From Raja brachyura (Eukaryota), in NCBI GenBank assembly GCA_963514005.1, contig OY740809.1, positions 20,708,001 through 20,772,000 on the forward strand: a stretch of DNA of 64,000 nucleotides. Direction: 5' to 3'. Shown in pieces: positions 25,463-37,462 of this stretch. Below the pieces are notes generated by a model. The model worked only from the letters and a program-made list of their open reading frames with translations, ran no database searches and was not told the origin of the DNA. A program made the position numbers and the translations under genes. Positions within the stretch are counted from its first letter, which is position 1; every line of letters starts with the position of its first letter.

Positions 25463-26949
25463 TGCTTTAAATGCTTATAGTCCACTCGGCTGCTGAAGAT
25501 GACTTCAGCCTTATTGATTTTTCTCCCTGCGCCCCACCCACCTAGTGTTCTATCTCTGTACTGAATACTCTGCTCTATGTACAGAATCCACTCCATCCCA
25601 CAGGAAGATTAAACGTACAAACACAGCATCCCAAGGCATTTATCTCAAAAGTTCATATGCTGGTAATAACTATATTTTTATAAGTTTTTGTTTTATTTTG
25701 TCGGTTAACCGGCATGTCCATCACTGGTCATCAACCAATTTCAGACTTTTTCTTTACTATTTTTGCTGGAGCAGTGTTTTATTTAATCTCCCCATACCAT
25801 TAACAATAAAACTTCCTCCCACCACAACTTCACAGCTGCATAATTTCATGATCATGAAATGCAGTTACATCAGAACCACAGGTTTCGCCCTCTGGATAAC
25901 GAACCATAACCAGAGGTCATGCCAGCAACACCCAAGATTCATGGATGTGTTGTGTTATTGATATAAATTAAGAAATCCATCTCATCTCCAGCGTGTGGCT
26001 TCCTCTTTTGATGTAATATGAGAATTATAGTATAGGCTTTTGAGCCTTTAATTCTTTCGAATTGTCAAGGAAAACGTCAAGAAGTAAATTATTCCTCTAA
26101 ATTCTTCCACGTGATTTTCCACTATCCAAGGAAAGAACGTGCAACTACTATCGACGCACTCGATCTGGGCCATGCTCTTTTCAGTCAGCTTCTTGACATT
26201 GTTGCTTGCAGGCACGAATTTCAAGATGGTACATCCTGGATTTTTATTTTCTTTCTCCTACGATGGGACAGCGTTGATAAAGGTGCTTGAACAATCAGTG
26301 CCCTGGGTAGTTTTTAAAATGTTTACCTCCAGCTGAGGAACATTCTGAGCCAGAAACCCAATCATGACCAAAGATCTGATTGTGATTTTTCCACACCGAT
26401 GGTATTGTCCCACAGCACACGTTTGAAATACTTGCAAACTCTCCTCGCAAAACCCATGGTATTCTTTGAATCTGGCATCTGGGCACATTGCCAAACATAG
26501 TTAAGAAGCAAAACAGAAACTTCAACTTCTGGGAATTGGTGCTGGAGGTTGCACAGTCTCCATGGAGAGGGAGCAACTTGTGTGCGCTGCTTGCATCTGT
26601 TCCAGGATAGTTTTTCTTGTTGACATCTGCAAAGTGTTTCCTCACTTTTCGGACCCTACCCCAAACCTTGGCATGCTCCCTGGTGCTCGGATCCTTCTCT
26701 GGTCAGTCCACTTTTAGTATCTTCAGACACTACAAGGCAGGTTCTGTTTGTTATTTCCAGGATCTTGGGGCATTTCCCAGTGATTTCCACCTCTTTCCGT
26801 CTGGCATGCATTTGCTCGTAAATTGCACATGTCTGTAAGGATAGTCTAACAGAACTTTGTAATATAGATAATGAATGGACAATGAAACATCCATGTTTGT
26901 GTAGAGTCCAAATGACATTTGGTAATATCCCTCCTCCGAAGAATCATAC

Positions 26950-28090
26950 AATTACAATGTACAAGGCAGCCCTTCGGTTCAAAGTATCAAAGCTGTCCAG
27001 CAAAGAGCCATCCAACCAAATTAAACTTCCAGCTCATTATCGCACTAAAAGTAAATATCCAGACACATTTTAGTGAGGATTTCTGCCTCTTCGAGCCCTT
27101 TAGATAGTGACAACAGATCCCTACCAAGCCCGAGGTAAAAAATCCTCTGATCTTTCTCTAAGTTAGTTTAAATATATGGCCTGAATTTTTGACATAAGAA
27201 ATTGATTATTATTTGAATCTATTTTCTCTATTGATGCACATGACTGAGATGCAGTATATTGAAAACATAATTTCTCAGAATATGTAACCTACCCAATCCT
27301 ATCTCCAGAGTTAAATATCTCCAGTCTTGGCAACATCCTTATAAATCTGCCCTGCACATTCTGCAATGCAATTGTGTCCTGATTTGCACTTACCAGTAAA
27401 TGCTACTTGAGCTGTGGCCTAATGACATTGTGCTCACCGCTAATGTAACCCCTTTGCTGTTTCCTTTTATGCTTCTGATGCTAAAAAAAACCCCCATCAT
27501 AATGCGCTCCTAGAAAAGAAAATCTCACTTTTACCAACTTTTGCGTTCTTCCCATAATTTACAACATTTGCCCACGTATTGTGTACTCACTTGTTGCTGT
27601 TCCTAAATGTTTAACCCTGCTCTTCTCTGGATTAAATTCCATGTGTTGTTCTACTGCTGAGCTAACCAAACCATTAGTATTCTTGCTGTCAACCACATAA
27701 CCAATTATTGTATCAGCAGCAAACTTCTTTATACTCCCTGCCTTTTAAATGTAAATCATTAGTCGGTACAACAAAAAGCTAGGGACTGAGCTTTGTGGAA
27801 CCCCATTGGTAATGACCCGTGCAGTCACAAAAGCATCCATCAATCATTCCCTGTTACTTCCTGTAAATGAATTTTTAATCCAATTTGCCTATGTCCTTTT
27901 GAGCTCTATTTACCTTTACCTTTTTCACCAGCCTTCTGGTAGAACCTCATTTACAAACTTGCTTAAATTCATGTCAACTGGAACAAATGGATGATTCCCG
28001 TCAGCCATCTTTGTTAACTCCCCAATACAGTTCTCTGGTTGGTCAGATGTATCCTTCAACAAATCCAAGCTGAATTTGTATAGTGAAGGC
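26950..28090 (-). mobile_element. Very old CR1-like LINE fragment
   Basis: Degenerate similarity to 8250-9425 (ggcaacatccttataaatctgccctgcac; gcagcaaacttc; gggactgagctttgtggaacccca). Confidence 0.55.
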
Positions 28091-28604
28091 GCTGATTAGT
28101 TTTATACTGATTAATTAGTTTTGTGTACTTTTCACAATTGATTTCTGTACTCTGCCCAATGCTGAATTTAAATGTACTGCTCTACAATTATTTAATTTAT
28201 CCCTTCTCCTTAAAATATAGCAGAGGCCGTCCTCTTATCCTTTGGTTACTCCCCTGTGGGGAAGGGTGGTGGAAAAAAATGATAGTGAGTGGTTCTGTAA
28301 TTTCACCTTTTACTTGTTTTATCTTCCTGGGATACTTTTCTTACAGGCCAGGCAATTTTTTTTTTTTTCTTGCAATATTTTACAAACTTTCCCCTTACAA
28401 GCAATATTGGCACCACCCATCTCTTTTGTAATGAATTATTTCATTTGTCTTTAAGAACTCTAATTATTTCTACCTCTTATACACGCAAAACATTTTGCTC
28501 CCGAATACTTCCTTAATAATATTTGCTGTTTACATCACCATTATTCAGTGAATATCATTGGATTATGTTTTTTAAACTTACCTGGTTATTTTTCATGCCT
28601 ACAC

Positions 28605-28900
28605 GTGTTTAGCTTGGCAGCATGGAAACAGGCCCAACGGCTCACCGATAGATCACCCGTTTACACTAGTTCCATGTTATCCCACTTTCTCGTCCACTCC
28701 CTACACACTAGGGGCAATTTCCAGAGGCCAATTAACTTAGAAACCTGCATGTCTTTGGAATGCTGGAGGAAACCGGAGCACCCAGAGGACGTCCACGCAG
28801 TCACAGGGAAAACATGCAAACGGAGCATTTGGTCAGGGTTGAATCTGCGTTTCTGGCATTGGTGCAGCAGGTAATGTTGCTATCTCACAATGTGCCACCC
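28605..28900 (-). mobile_element. HE1-like tRNA-derived SINE
   Basis: catggaaacaggccc...ggaggaaaccggagcaccc...gtcacagggaaaac...tgtgccaccc; homologous to the 30142 and 57037 copies. Confidence 0.8.
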
Positions 28901-29369
28901 AGTTGAGGCCAAGGAAGTTCAAGATCGTAGTAGATTGAAGGAATATGCTTATGTCACCAAAAAGAGTAGCAGATCTGAGGATGCGAAAAATCTTAGAATT
29001 TATCAAAAGAAGACAAAGAAATGGATATGGAAAAGTCGAATACATGTGTAATACATCAAGGAGCATAAAATAACATGCGTATTGTACGATATTATAGATA
29101 TGAAAAAAAGACAGGCAAAACAATATAGATCATCAATTGAGAAGGAAGAGGAAAGAAATGGCAAAGAAATGAAACAGATTTTCTCTTTTTAAGGAAGAAG
29201 ATTTAGAAATCCTTTCAGGAATAGTGAAGGGAGATTGAGAAGAGGGAACTTCAGGCCAGTTAGCATGACAGTAGTAGAGCAAATGCCAGAAACAATTATT
29301 AATGAAATGATAGCAGGAAATGGGAACTATTAATAGGATTTCGCAGAGACAAAATTTGGAAAGGTTTGT

Positions 29370-30085
29370 ATCAAGTCAAGTCAAAGTCAAACAAACTTTA
29401 TTGTCATTTAGAAATACATTGATACATGCAGTTCCAAACGAAATAACGTTGCATTTGGCTCCCTGTGCAACACAATAAATTAACCGAAGGATAGGCATGG
29501 GTGAAAAGGATAAATAGACAATAGTGGCAGCCCATTACATGGCATTCAGGAGTCTGATGGCTCGTGGGAAGAAGCTGTTGCAGAACCTTGATGTTCTGCT
29601 CCTTATGCTGCGGTATCTTTTTCCCGAGGGCAGCAGAGTGAACAGTCCGTGATGGAGATGTGTGGGGTCTTTTATAATACTGCTGGCCTTAGACACACAG
29701 CGTTTGGTCGCAATATCCCCGATTGAGGGGAGAGAGGTCCCGATGATTTTCTCCGCTGTCCTCACCACTCTCTGCACAGATTTCCAGTCGGAGGCTCTAC
29801 AGTCCCCAAACCAGACAGAGATACAGCTGGTCAGAATACTCTCTATGGTGCCCCTGTAGAAAGTAGTGAGGATGGGATGGGGGAGATGAGCTCTTCTCAT
29901 CCGGCGCAGAAAGTGCAGCCGCTGCTGCGCTCTCTTAACAGTTGATGAGATGTTATTCGACCAGGTCAGACTGTTAGTGATCTGCATCCCCAGGAACTTT
30001 GTGCTACTGACCACCTCCACATCGCTGTCGTTGATGTGAAGTGGTGTGGGACTGTGCCGGGTTTTCCTGAAGTCGACGTCGACGT
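29370..30085 (-). mobile_element. Rex1/Babar-type LINE, 5'-truncated, with an intact C-terminal frame
   Basis: ORF 29535-30131: VDFRK...KFLG.QI...LTW...KRAQQRLHFLRR...FYRGTIESILT...LLPSGKRYRSI...RFCNSFFPRAIRLLN; (ttgac)n tail near 29370. Confidence 0.9.
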
Positions 30086-30141
30086 GAAGTTTCCTGAAGA
30101 TCAGCCATCCAAAAAGAACCACCAACTGCAAGGTTAGTTAA

Positions 30142-30403
30142 GTTTTCGTTTAGTTTAGAGATATAGCATGGAAATGGGCTCTTTGGCCCACTAAGACCAC
30201 ACCATCCAACCAGTAATCCTGGCACACTGTTAGAAACCTGCATGTTTTTGGAATGCGGGAGGAAACCGGAGCACCTCTAAAGAATCCATGCGGTCACAGG
30301 GAAAATTGGCAGACTCCATGCATACAGCACCCATAGTCAGAATCGAACCTGGATCTCTGGTGTTGTGAGGCATCAACTCTACTGCTGGACCACTGTGTTA
30401 TCC
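30142..30403 (-). mobile_element. HE1-like tRNA-derived SINE
   Basis: B box GGTTCGATTC on the minus strand (30340-30349); (aaact)n tail. Confidence 0.85.
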
Positions 30404-31464
30404 TGCTTCAGCAGAAGCAAATTCTGCTTCAGAATGCGAGGAGAAAAAAATCTGCAAATATAATCTGCTGTTATTCGAGCCCATAAATTATTTTAAATTA
30501 ATGATGCATCATAGATGTCATTGCTGATGGTGATAGACCTGCCACATCGAGTAACCCATTGATTTCTTATTGTTTGCTTTTATGCTCCTTGAATTTCTTG
30601 GGTTAGTGATCCATATCTACACATTTATGATGCATGTTGCAGTTCCCATGGGGTCCTCTAATCCGGTTTATTTTCTACGTCGATGTTCACGAACTCGATT
30701 TATCAAGCACCAAATATGTAAATGTTGCTTTTAACCAAAATCATATTTTTTATTCCGAATGAAGCTGCTAGAACAGTTAATGATGTGGCAGTAATGACTG
30801 ATATATACATATACATCTCTTCCCTGTATTTGGTAGTAAATTTCTTCTTTTTATTCACCCTGAAATCTATTCAGTCTCATGTCCATTAACTCGTTTACTC
30901 TTTTTGCTGCTTGCCTTCACTAAGGGGTAATTTATAGTAGCCAATTAACTTCCCAGTTTGTCTTAGATGTAGGATGAAGCCAGTGAAAACTCATGAGTCA
31001 TCACTTTGATAAAATCACCTCTGATGATGTAGACTGGTTTAGACTAGGCTCTAAATTTTAATATGTATTCTGCTTCTTTTTGTATGGACTTTATGTTTGT
31101 AAAACTTGATCTGAATGCCAGCAATAATTTCAACTCTGCACTGGCTCATTGATTTTTAAACTGCATCTTTGAAATATTAGAGCAGGTTGGAGTATAGCTG
31201 TTCTCGTTTCAGATTAAGGGATTAAATGGTATGTTTGATATTGCAAGTTTAATTGACAATTTGCCACTGTTTTTAATACAGTTGCATGGAAGCGTGTAAT
31301 ACACTGGTTGTGTTGACAAATAAAATTGACTGAATACTAACTGCTGGGGAATGCTAAATTACATTGACCAGTCTGATTGACTTGTAATTCCATTATGTTT
31401 AAATTTCAGCTCTACCATGTATTATCCCTTGAACTTCCCATCCATGTCTGATGTGAGTTTTCAT

Positions 31465-32292
31465 AATAGATACAAGATACAAATAATTTATTAGTCAAGT
31501 ATGTAAGAACATACAAGGAATTTGATTTGCCATGCAGTCATACCAAAAAAGCAGCAAGACACGCAACTACATAAAAATTAACATAAACATCCACCACGGC
31601 GCACTGTGATGGAAGACAATAACATATTACCTTCCCTCCTTTTCTCCCGCGGTTGGGGGAGTCGAACCATCCTCAGTCGGGGCGATTGAAGCTCCCACAG
31701 CCGGCGATCGAAGCACCCGCGATCGGGGCGATTAAAGCTCCTGCGATCAGGGTGGTCGAAGTTCCCACGGTTGGAGCTCCTGAAGTCGGATCCTTTCCAA
31801 GTGTCTGTGAGCTCCACGATGTTAAGTCCGCAGGCTTCCTGCGGTTTGAGCTCCCGGTTGATCCCCAGCAAGAGGTCTCCAGCTCCACGATGTTAGACCG
31901 CAGTGTGGATGGAAATACGATACGGGAAAAGTTGCAGCTCCGACGAGGAAAGAGATTTTTTAAAGTTTCCCCCAGCTCCCCCCACATAATACAAAACTAA
32001 AGACGCACTTATGGGCCTGTCCTACCTACGCAATGTTTTTGGGCGACTACAGGGAACTGCCGCAACATTTTAAACACGTTGGAACATTTTCGGCGACAGT
32101 GGCGACAGTTTTTGCTGTCGTAGGTTGTCGCCAGGTGCCGTAGATGAATTCCATTCAAACTAGTCTCTGGCAGTCGCCTGAAGAGTCGCCTAAGTGGGAC
32201 AGGCCCAAAAAGCATACATTTAACAACAAATTAAAAACAACAAAAGAAGAAAAGGACTGTTGGCGAGGCTGCCATCGTGCGGCACCATCCGG
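31465..32292 (-). mobile_element. GC-rich non-coding retroelement (family A, copy 3) carrying a MITE insertion
   Basis: acatccaccacggcgcactgtgatggaag block; internal approximately 24-bp repeats (cgatcggggcgattgaagctccc); 5' end gatggcagcctcgccaacag. Confidence 0.7.
32012..32207. mobile_element. PIF/Harbinger-like MITE
   Basis: TIRs tgggcctgtcctacc / agtgggacaggccca; preceded by TTA. Confidence 0.75.
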
Positions 32293-32937
32293 TGAATGTG
32301 AATGCTGGAACAGAAATACGAAGTACCCAGTTTATACAGAACATGGTAAATGACTCATTCAGACAGTATGCTAGTGAAAACGACGTGGATAGATAATTTG
32401 ACGTTTCTTGTATTCTCTGAGAAATCTGCATGTGAATACTGTTAATGTAAGTGGCTGTTTCATAGGAAGAAAGATTTATGTCATCCCTGTGTACCGGGTG
32501 GATAATATCTCATTGTAGAACTGTGAGTGTTGAAAGCCCCTGTAAAAGAGGATTATGTTAAGAATTTTTGTTGATTACCAAAACAAAGTTTTGAAATTGT
32601 ATCAGCTGTACCACACCTAAGGTGGGACTGCACTTTGATCCTGTTCCAAGCCAACACCCTACAGACTGAACTTGTCATTGTCTCGGAAGTAATTGAATTC
32701 TGTATAATTACTGCTATGTCGGGTTTTTTTGCTGCACAAGCAGGAACCTGTTTTGGTTTTGAGATTCTGCATCTCAACCCAAGGATACAGTTACGCAAAA
32801 TACTGCATTGATTATCTTGCATTGTATTTCGTGACGGTTCCAATGCTAATACGCACACATTATGCTTTCACACCTCATACTAGTGTGCTGTGCTAACTGG
32901 TGCTCCCAAAATCCTGTGACAACAAAGATTTTTTAAA

Positions 32938-33434
32938 GATAGATACAAAATGCTGGAGTAACTCAGCGGAACAGGCAGCATCTCAGGAGGGAAGGAATAG
33001 TTGACGATTCAGTTCGAGACCCTTTTTCAGATGGATGTCAGGGGAGTGTGTGATACATAGATAAGGAAGTGTGTAGATAAGGAAGTGAAAGGTGTGAAAA
33101 CAGAACAAAGGGAATGGAGATCAAGGATAATGAAGAATAGATCATTGTTAGTTGGGAGAAGGTAACAACAAAGCGCAGATAAAATGTAGTCAGAGACAGT
33201 AAAACTGGTTGGAGAACTGGGAAGGGGGGGGATGGAGAGAGAGGAAAAGCAAGGGCTACTTGGTTAGAGAATACTCTAATGTACCGCCCACTCCCCTGAT
33301 ATCAGTCTGAAGAAGGGTCTCAACCCAAAATGCCACCCGTTCCTTCTCTCCAGAGATGCTGCCTGTCCCACTGAGTTACTCCGGCGTTTTGTGTCTATCT
33401 TCGTTATAAACCGACAGCTGCAGTTCTTTCCTAC
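32938..33434. mobile_element. Inverted-repeat Penelope-derived element, about 500 bp, with TSD
   Basis: Arms 32938-33048 and about 33290-33402 are inverted; TSD acaaagatttttt(t)aaa at 32922-32937 and 33435-33451. Confidence 0.85.
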
Positions 33435-33470
33435 ACAAAGATTTTTTTAAATATAACTATCTAAATTGTA

Positions 33471-33711
33471 ATAGAAGGTAGCCAAAAATGCTGGAGAAAC
33501 TCGGCGGGTGAGGTAGCATCTATGGAGCGAAGGAATAGGCGATGTTTCGGGTCGAGTCCCTTCTTCAGACTGATGTGGGGGTGGGGGGGGGGTGCAGGAA
33601 ATAGAAAGGAAGAGGCGGAGACAGTAGCCTGTGGGAGTGCTGGGGAGGGGAAGGAGGGAGAAAGCAAGGACTACCTGAAATTGGAGAAGTCAATGTTCAT
33701 ACCACAGGGGG
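33471..33711 (-). mobile_element. 5'-truncated Penelope-like element: GIY-YIG C-terminus, 3' UTR and hammerhead repeat
   Basis: Minus strand encodes PCGMNIDFSNFR*, followed by ctgaagaagggactcgacccgaaacatc; TSD taaattgta at 33462-33470 and 33712-33720. Confidence 0.85.
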
Positions 33712-35719
33712 TAAATTGTATGGTTGTTTAAATTAAATATTGAGGTTAGAAACTGAGTCGCATAAAGCATATGCTGTATAGTTTAACATTTTAATACGAC
33801 ATTCAAAATCATTTATAATTCTCCTACATAGTCCATCCAAAACCTCGAATTCTCCTGCTGATATCTCTTCAAATGTTTCCTCCTTGACCTTTGCATCACA
33901 TACTTCATTTGTCATTAATCGTATTTCTACTCTTTGCCCATCATCTGTTGTTTTTATTACAAAACTTCCGTTTGTTCTCACTGTTACTCATTGAAAGCCC
34001 ATGAGATATTTCCAAGGTCCCAAATGTAGACCAGTTTCTAATTCTACCATCCTGCATGGTAAAGCTCATTCACCTACACCTGAGCCTTGAAAAATCTCCC
34101 CCAACTCACTTAAATCCCACCTTTTCAAGTCACAAACTGTGTGGACTTTGGCCTCCCATTTGCCAACAATTCAACAATTCAGTCATACTTTGAACCTCCA
34201 CTTTTTGAGACCTTGGCCCCAATAAAGCCCTTGATCAATTTCCACTTTCGTGTTTCCAGGTTATAGTCCTTCCTTTAATCCATTACACGCAAGCAGCCAG
34301 ACTTGAATCGTTATCCCAATTTCCACCATTTATCACTGGAACCAAATACTGTTCAATTGAGCCTCTGCCTTTTTCTGAATCTTCAGATGACCCAACTTGT
34401 TCTTGAACATAAGTTGAGATGATAAACATCTCCTCTTCCATTCAAATGTGATTTATAACCTTTTTTAAAAAAAACCTGCTGCTCTCTCTAGAGCTCAATC
34501 ATGGTAAGAATTGAGAGAGTACAGATGCTCCCCGGCTGATCACCCAACTTAATTACCGCCAGTCTATATGAGCAAGCATTTGTATGGGTCTGTGGTTTTG
34601 CAGGCCTCTTCTGCCATGTGCAAACTCTGATCATGCCTGCATTTGGCTGACTCGAGCTGTTAGCGAAAAGTTCAGAGAAACGGAACTATAATCCAGGGAT
34701 GACCTATGTAATGAAACAATTGGATCTTAATGTTCTTGATGTTGCTGTACTGAGGGATAGCCAAGCCTATCTTTCTTGGCTAACAACCAAACCTTCGGCC
34801 TCCAAGACGCAGGTAAATTTTCGTGCCTTATTTTTGGGTAAAAAAATAGCGTCTTCATTGCCAGGAAATACTGTAATTTAAAATCCAAGTCATAGAACAA
34901 TACACCACGGAATGGCCTCTTTGGCCCACAATGTTTGTGCCAACCATAATGCCAAGATATCAAAGGTCTTAATACAATGAAAAATCAGTCGCACCACCAC
35001 CAATGTTTATTTCAGTAATTCAGCAAATATTTTTGATACCATTTGGACTTTATATTAAAATTAGTTGTCTAAATCAAAACTAGTATTCATTATGATTACC
35101 TGATTTTTTGCCAAGTTACAGTTCACACATTTTGATTTTCCTTTATCAGTTTTATAATGATACGAGTCTGAAATGCTAGTACCAGTTTCCTTGTATGTGT
35201 TGCTGTATCTTCAATTTATGGAAACAATTAAAAAAAAAAAAAAAAAATGTTAACATGGAGTTGCAAAGAAATGGGAGACCTTGAAAGGAACTTCAAATTT
35301 TTGTGGCAATTAGCTAATAGCTTTGCATTATTGTAAGGTATTTTGGGTCTTCCTTTAATTAGAGGTTTAAATTAATACTCAAGCATCTGCTATTAGAATT
35401 TATCTTTATTCATATTTTTGTAACTAAGGCACTAAATCACGCTAGAAATATTATCCTTTAATTATTTTTAAAGATATTTGTTCTTCCCATTCCTCCTGCC
35501 TTTAGTTCTAATTTTACCACCTTATTTTTCCATAGAATAAATACTTCTGCACACAAAGTTAAATTTATTATTTTCATGATTTAAGAATAATTTGAGCAGT
35601 GGAATTATGTAACTTGGCTTAACTATCATCTTGTTACTATTTCAATGAGGATGTAGTCCTTTTGAGCATTGCCTATTGGGTGTTACAAACAGCATTGGGT
35701 GTTGCAGTTCATCTTGCAT

Positions 35720-35845
35720 AACTATACATAACTCCCTTTATCATGTACCTCCCTTTATCATGTATTGTCTTTCCTCTGACTGGTTAGCATACAACAAAAG
35801 CTTTTCACTGCACCTTGGTACACGTGACAATAAACTAAACTAAAC
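35720..35845 (+). mobile_element. Rex1/Babar-type 3' tail
   Basis: caacaaaagcttttcactgcaccttggtacacgtgacaataaactaaactaaac. Confidence 0.7.
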
Positions 35846-37067
35846 TTGGTGAAAATAAATTCACAATGAGAATTATATTAAATTGTTTCTGAACACTTTT
35901 GCGATCTACTTCAGAAACCAAGACAAATGAGGGAATGTAGATAGAGCTGGCATGTAATACAGGGTGATTAGAATATGGTATAGGGATGAAAGTCAATCCA
36001 ACTTGAATATGGGATGAAGAAAAAGGAAAATGGTGTAATAATTCTTAAGAAAATGCGTTTTGTATCTCACATAAGGAGTTTTAGATAATTAGTTATGAGC
36101 AACAACCTGCATGAAAATATTGCTGCAAGGCATTCAGTGAAGAAATAAAGCAAAATGTTGGAAGTATCTATGAGTCATTGTAGAGAGAACACAATTAATT
36201 AATGTGTCAGCTTAATGACTTCTGAATATCTGCTGGGCATTTTCTGTTTTGATTTTATACTTTCAGCACCTACAGTTTTTTTTAATTGGTTCAGGAACAT
36301 TGCAGTTTTCGAAGAATACTGTACTGAAATATTGCTGTTTCCTTTCTGTTTCACTGGGCAGAGGCTGCCACTGTTTCCTGTAAAACTCTGCAGTGAATGA
36401 GCTAATGAATCAAACGGAACAGATATTGGGATTGGAACTGCTCCATGTTCTGCTGTATATTTGTTGGATTTTTATTCTTGGCAGCTGATTTGGTCGAAAA
36501 GTTTGATACAAAAGAACATTTTTTTTGTGTGGAAGATTGTTTGGAAGCCTTCACTAATTTTGTATTGCGTGCAAAGAGTCAACATTCTGCTGGGAGTGCA
36601 TCTTGCAAAATGAAGTAGCTAGATGACTCCATATAAAGCCACGGTCACAAGGCACAAGTTTTGCAAAATGAGGGGAACTTTTCTGTGGCCAATGATTCAC
36701 TTGCAATCTCAGTGCTGGGGATTGTCCTGAAGTTGCTGATGTGACACTGGGCAAGGATGCAGAGACATTTGAATTATTTATAGTAAAATGACTGGGCATT
36801 AGGTCATGCGAAAGGACGTTACAGCCCAGCTTGTTGTTTCCTTTTTAAATTCCACACACATTTCAGTGCCTTGTAGTGGAATTGTGCGGTTTTATTCTTC
36901 AATTTTCCTTGCGGATTTAAAGCCAAATGGTTACTTCTGCCTTGTGGCAGCCACTATCTATTTCACAAATACAAATTATGGAATCTAAATCTGTAACTTG
37001 CCTGTAGCTTAGCTACTTCCTGTGCTCTCAGGAATTCCCCTACATTTAAAATAAAAGGGGGATTTTA

Positions 37068-37462
37068 TTTTAATTTTTTTATTATTTATTTTATTTATTA
37101 GAAGTAATGTACATTACAGTAGTATACGCCAAAAATAACATAATACCTTTCGTGTACCACTTGCTTTAAACTTTAAGAAGAAAAATAGAGAAAGTTAGAT
37201 AAGATAGTAAGTGCGTGAAAAAGTGATACGGAAAATCCCGTAGAAAAGGAGAAAGAATTGTAAAAAAGAAGGGAAAAAAAAAGGAAAGACAAAAATAGAA
37301 AAGAATATATATAAGAAAGTAAAATAAGATAAAAGGGATGTACCTACTTCGTAACTTTACACATCCCTCACCAGGTCTGGGAATCTCAGGGAGTGTTAAT
37401 CCACCAAATTCTTTAGGTTTGCACAAATGTCTTCTTTGAATTCTATGGGATTTATAGTCGCA
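37068..37462 (-). mobile_element. L1/Tx1-like insertion with internal deletion
   Basis: Perfect 15-bp TSD aaaagggggatttta (37053-37067 / 37463-37477); A-rich tail; peptide DYKSHRIQRRHLCKPKEFGGLTLP resembles L1 ORF2. Confidence 0.75.

Noticed and set aside
26327-26832. Minus-strand exon-like region with overlapping short ORFs
   Set aside because: Stops in all frames over the span and no recognisable protein motif.
30300-30403. tRNA gene
   Set aside because: The B box belongs to a SINE head; no cloverleaf is evident.
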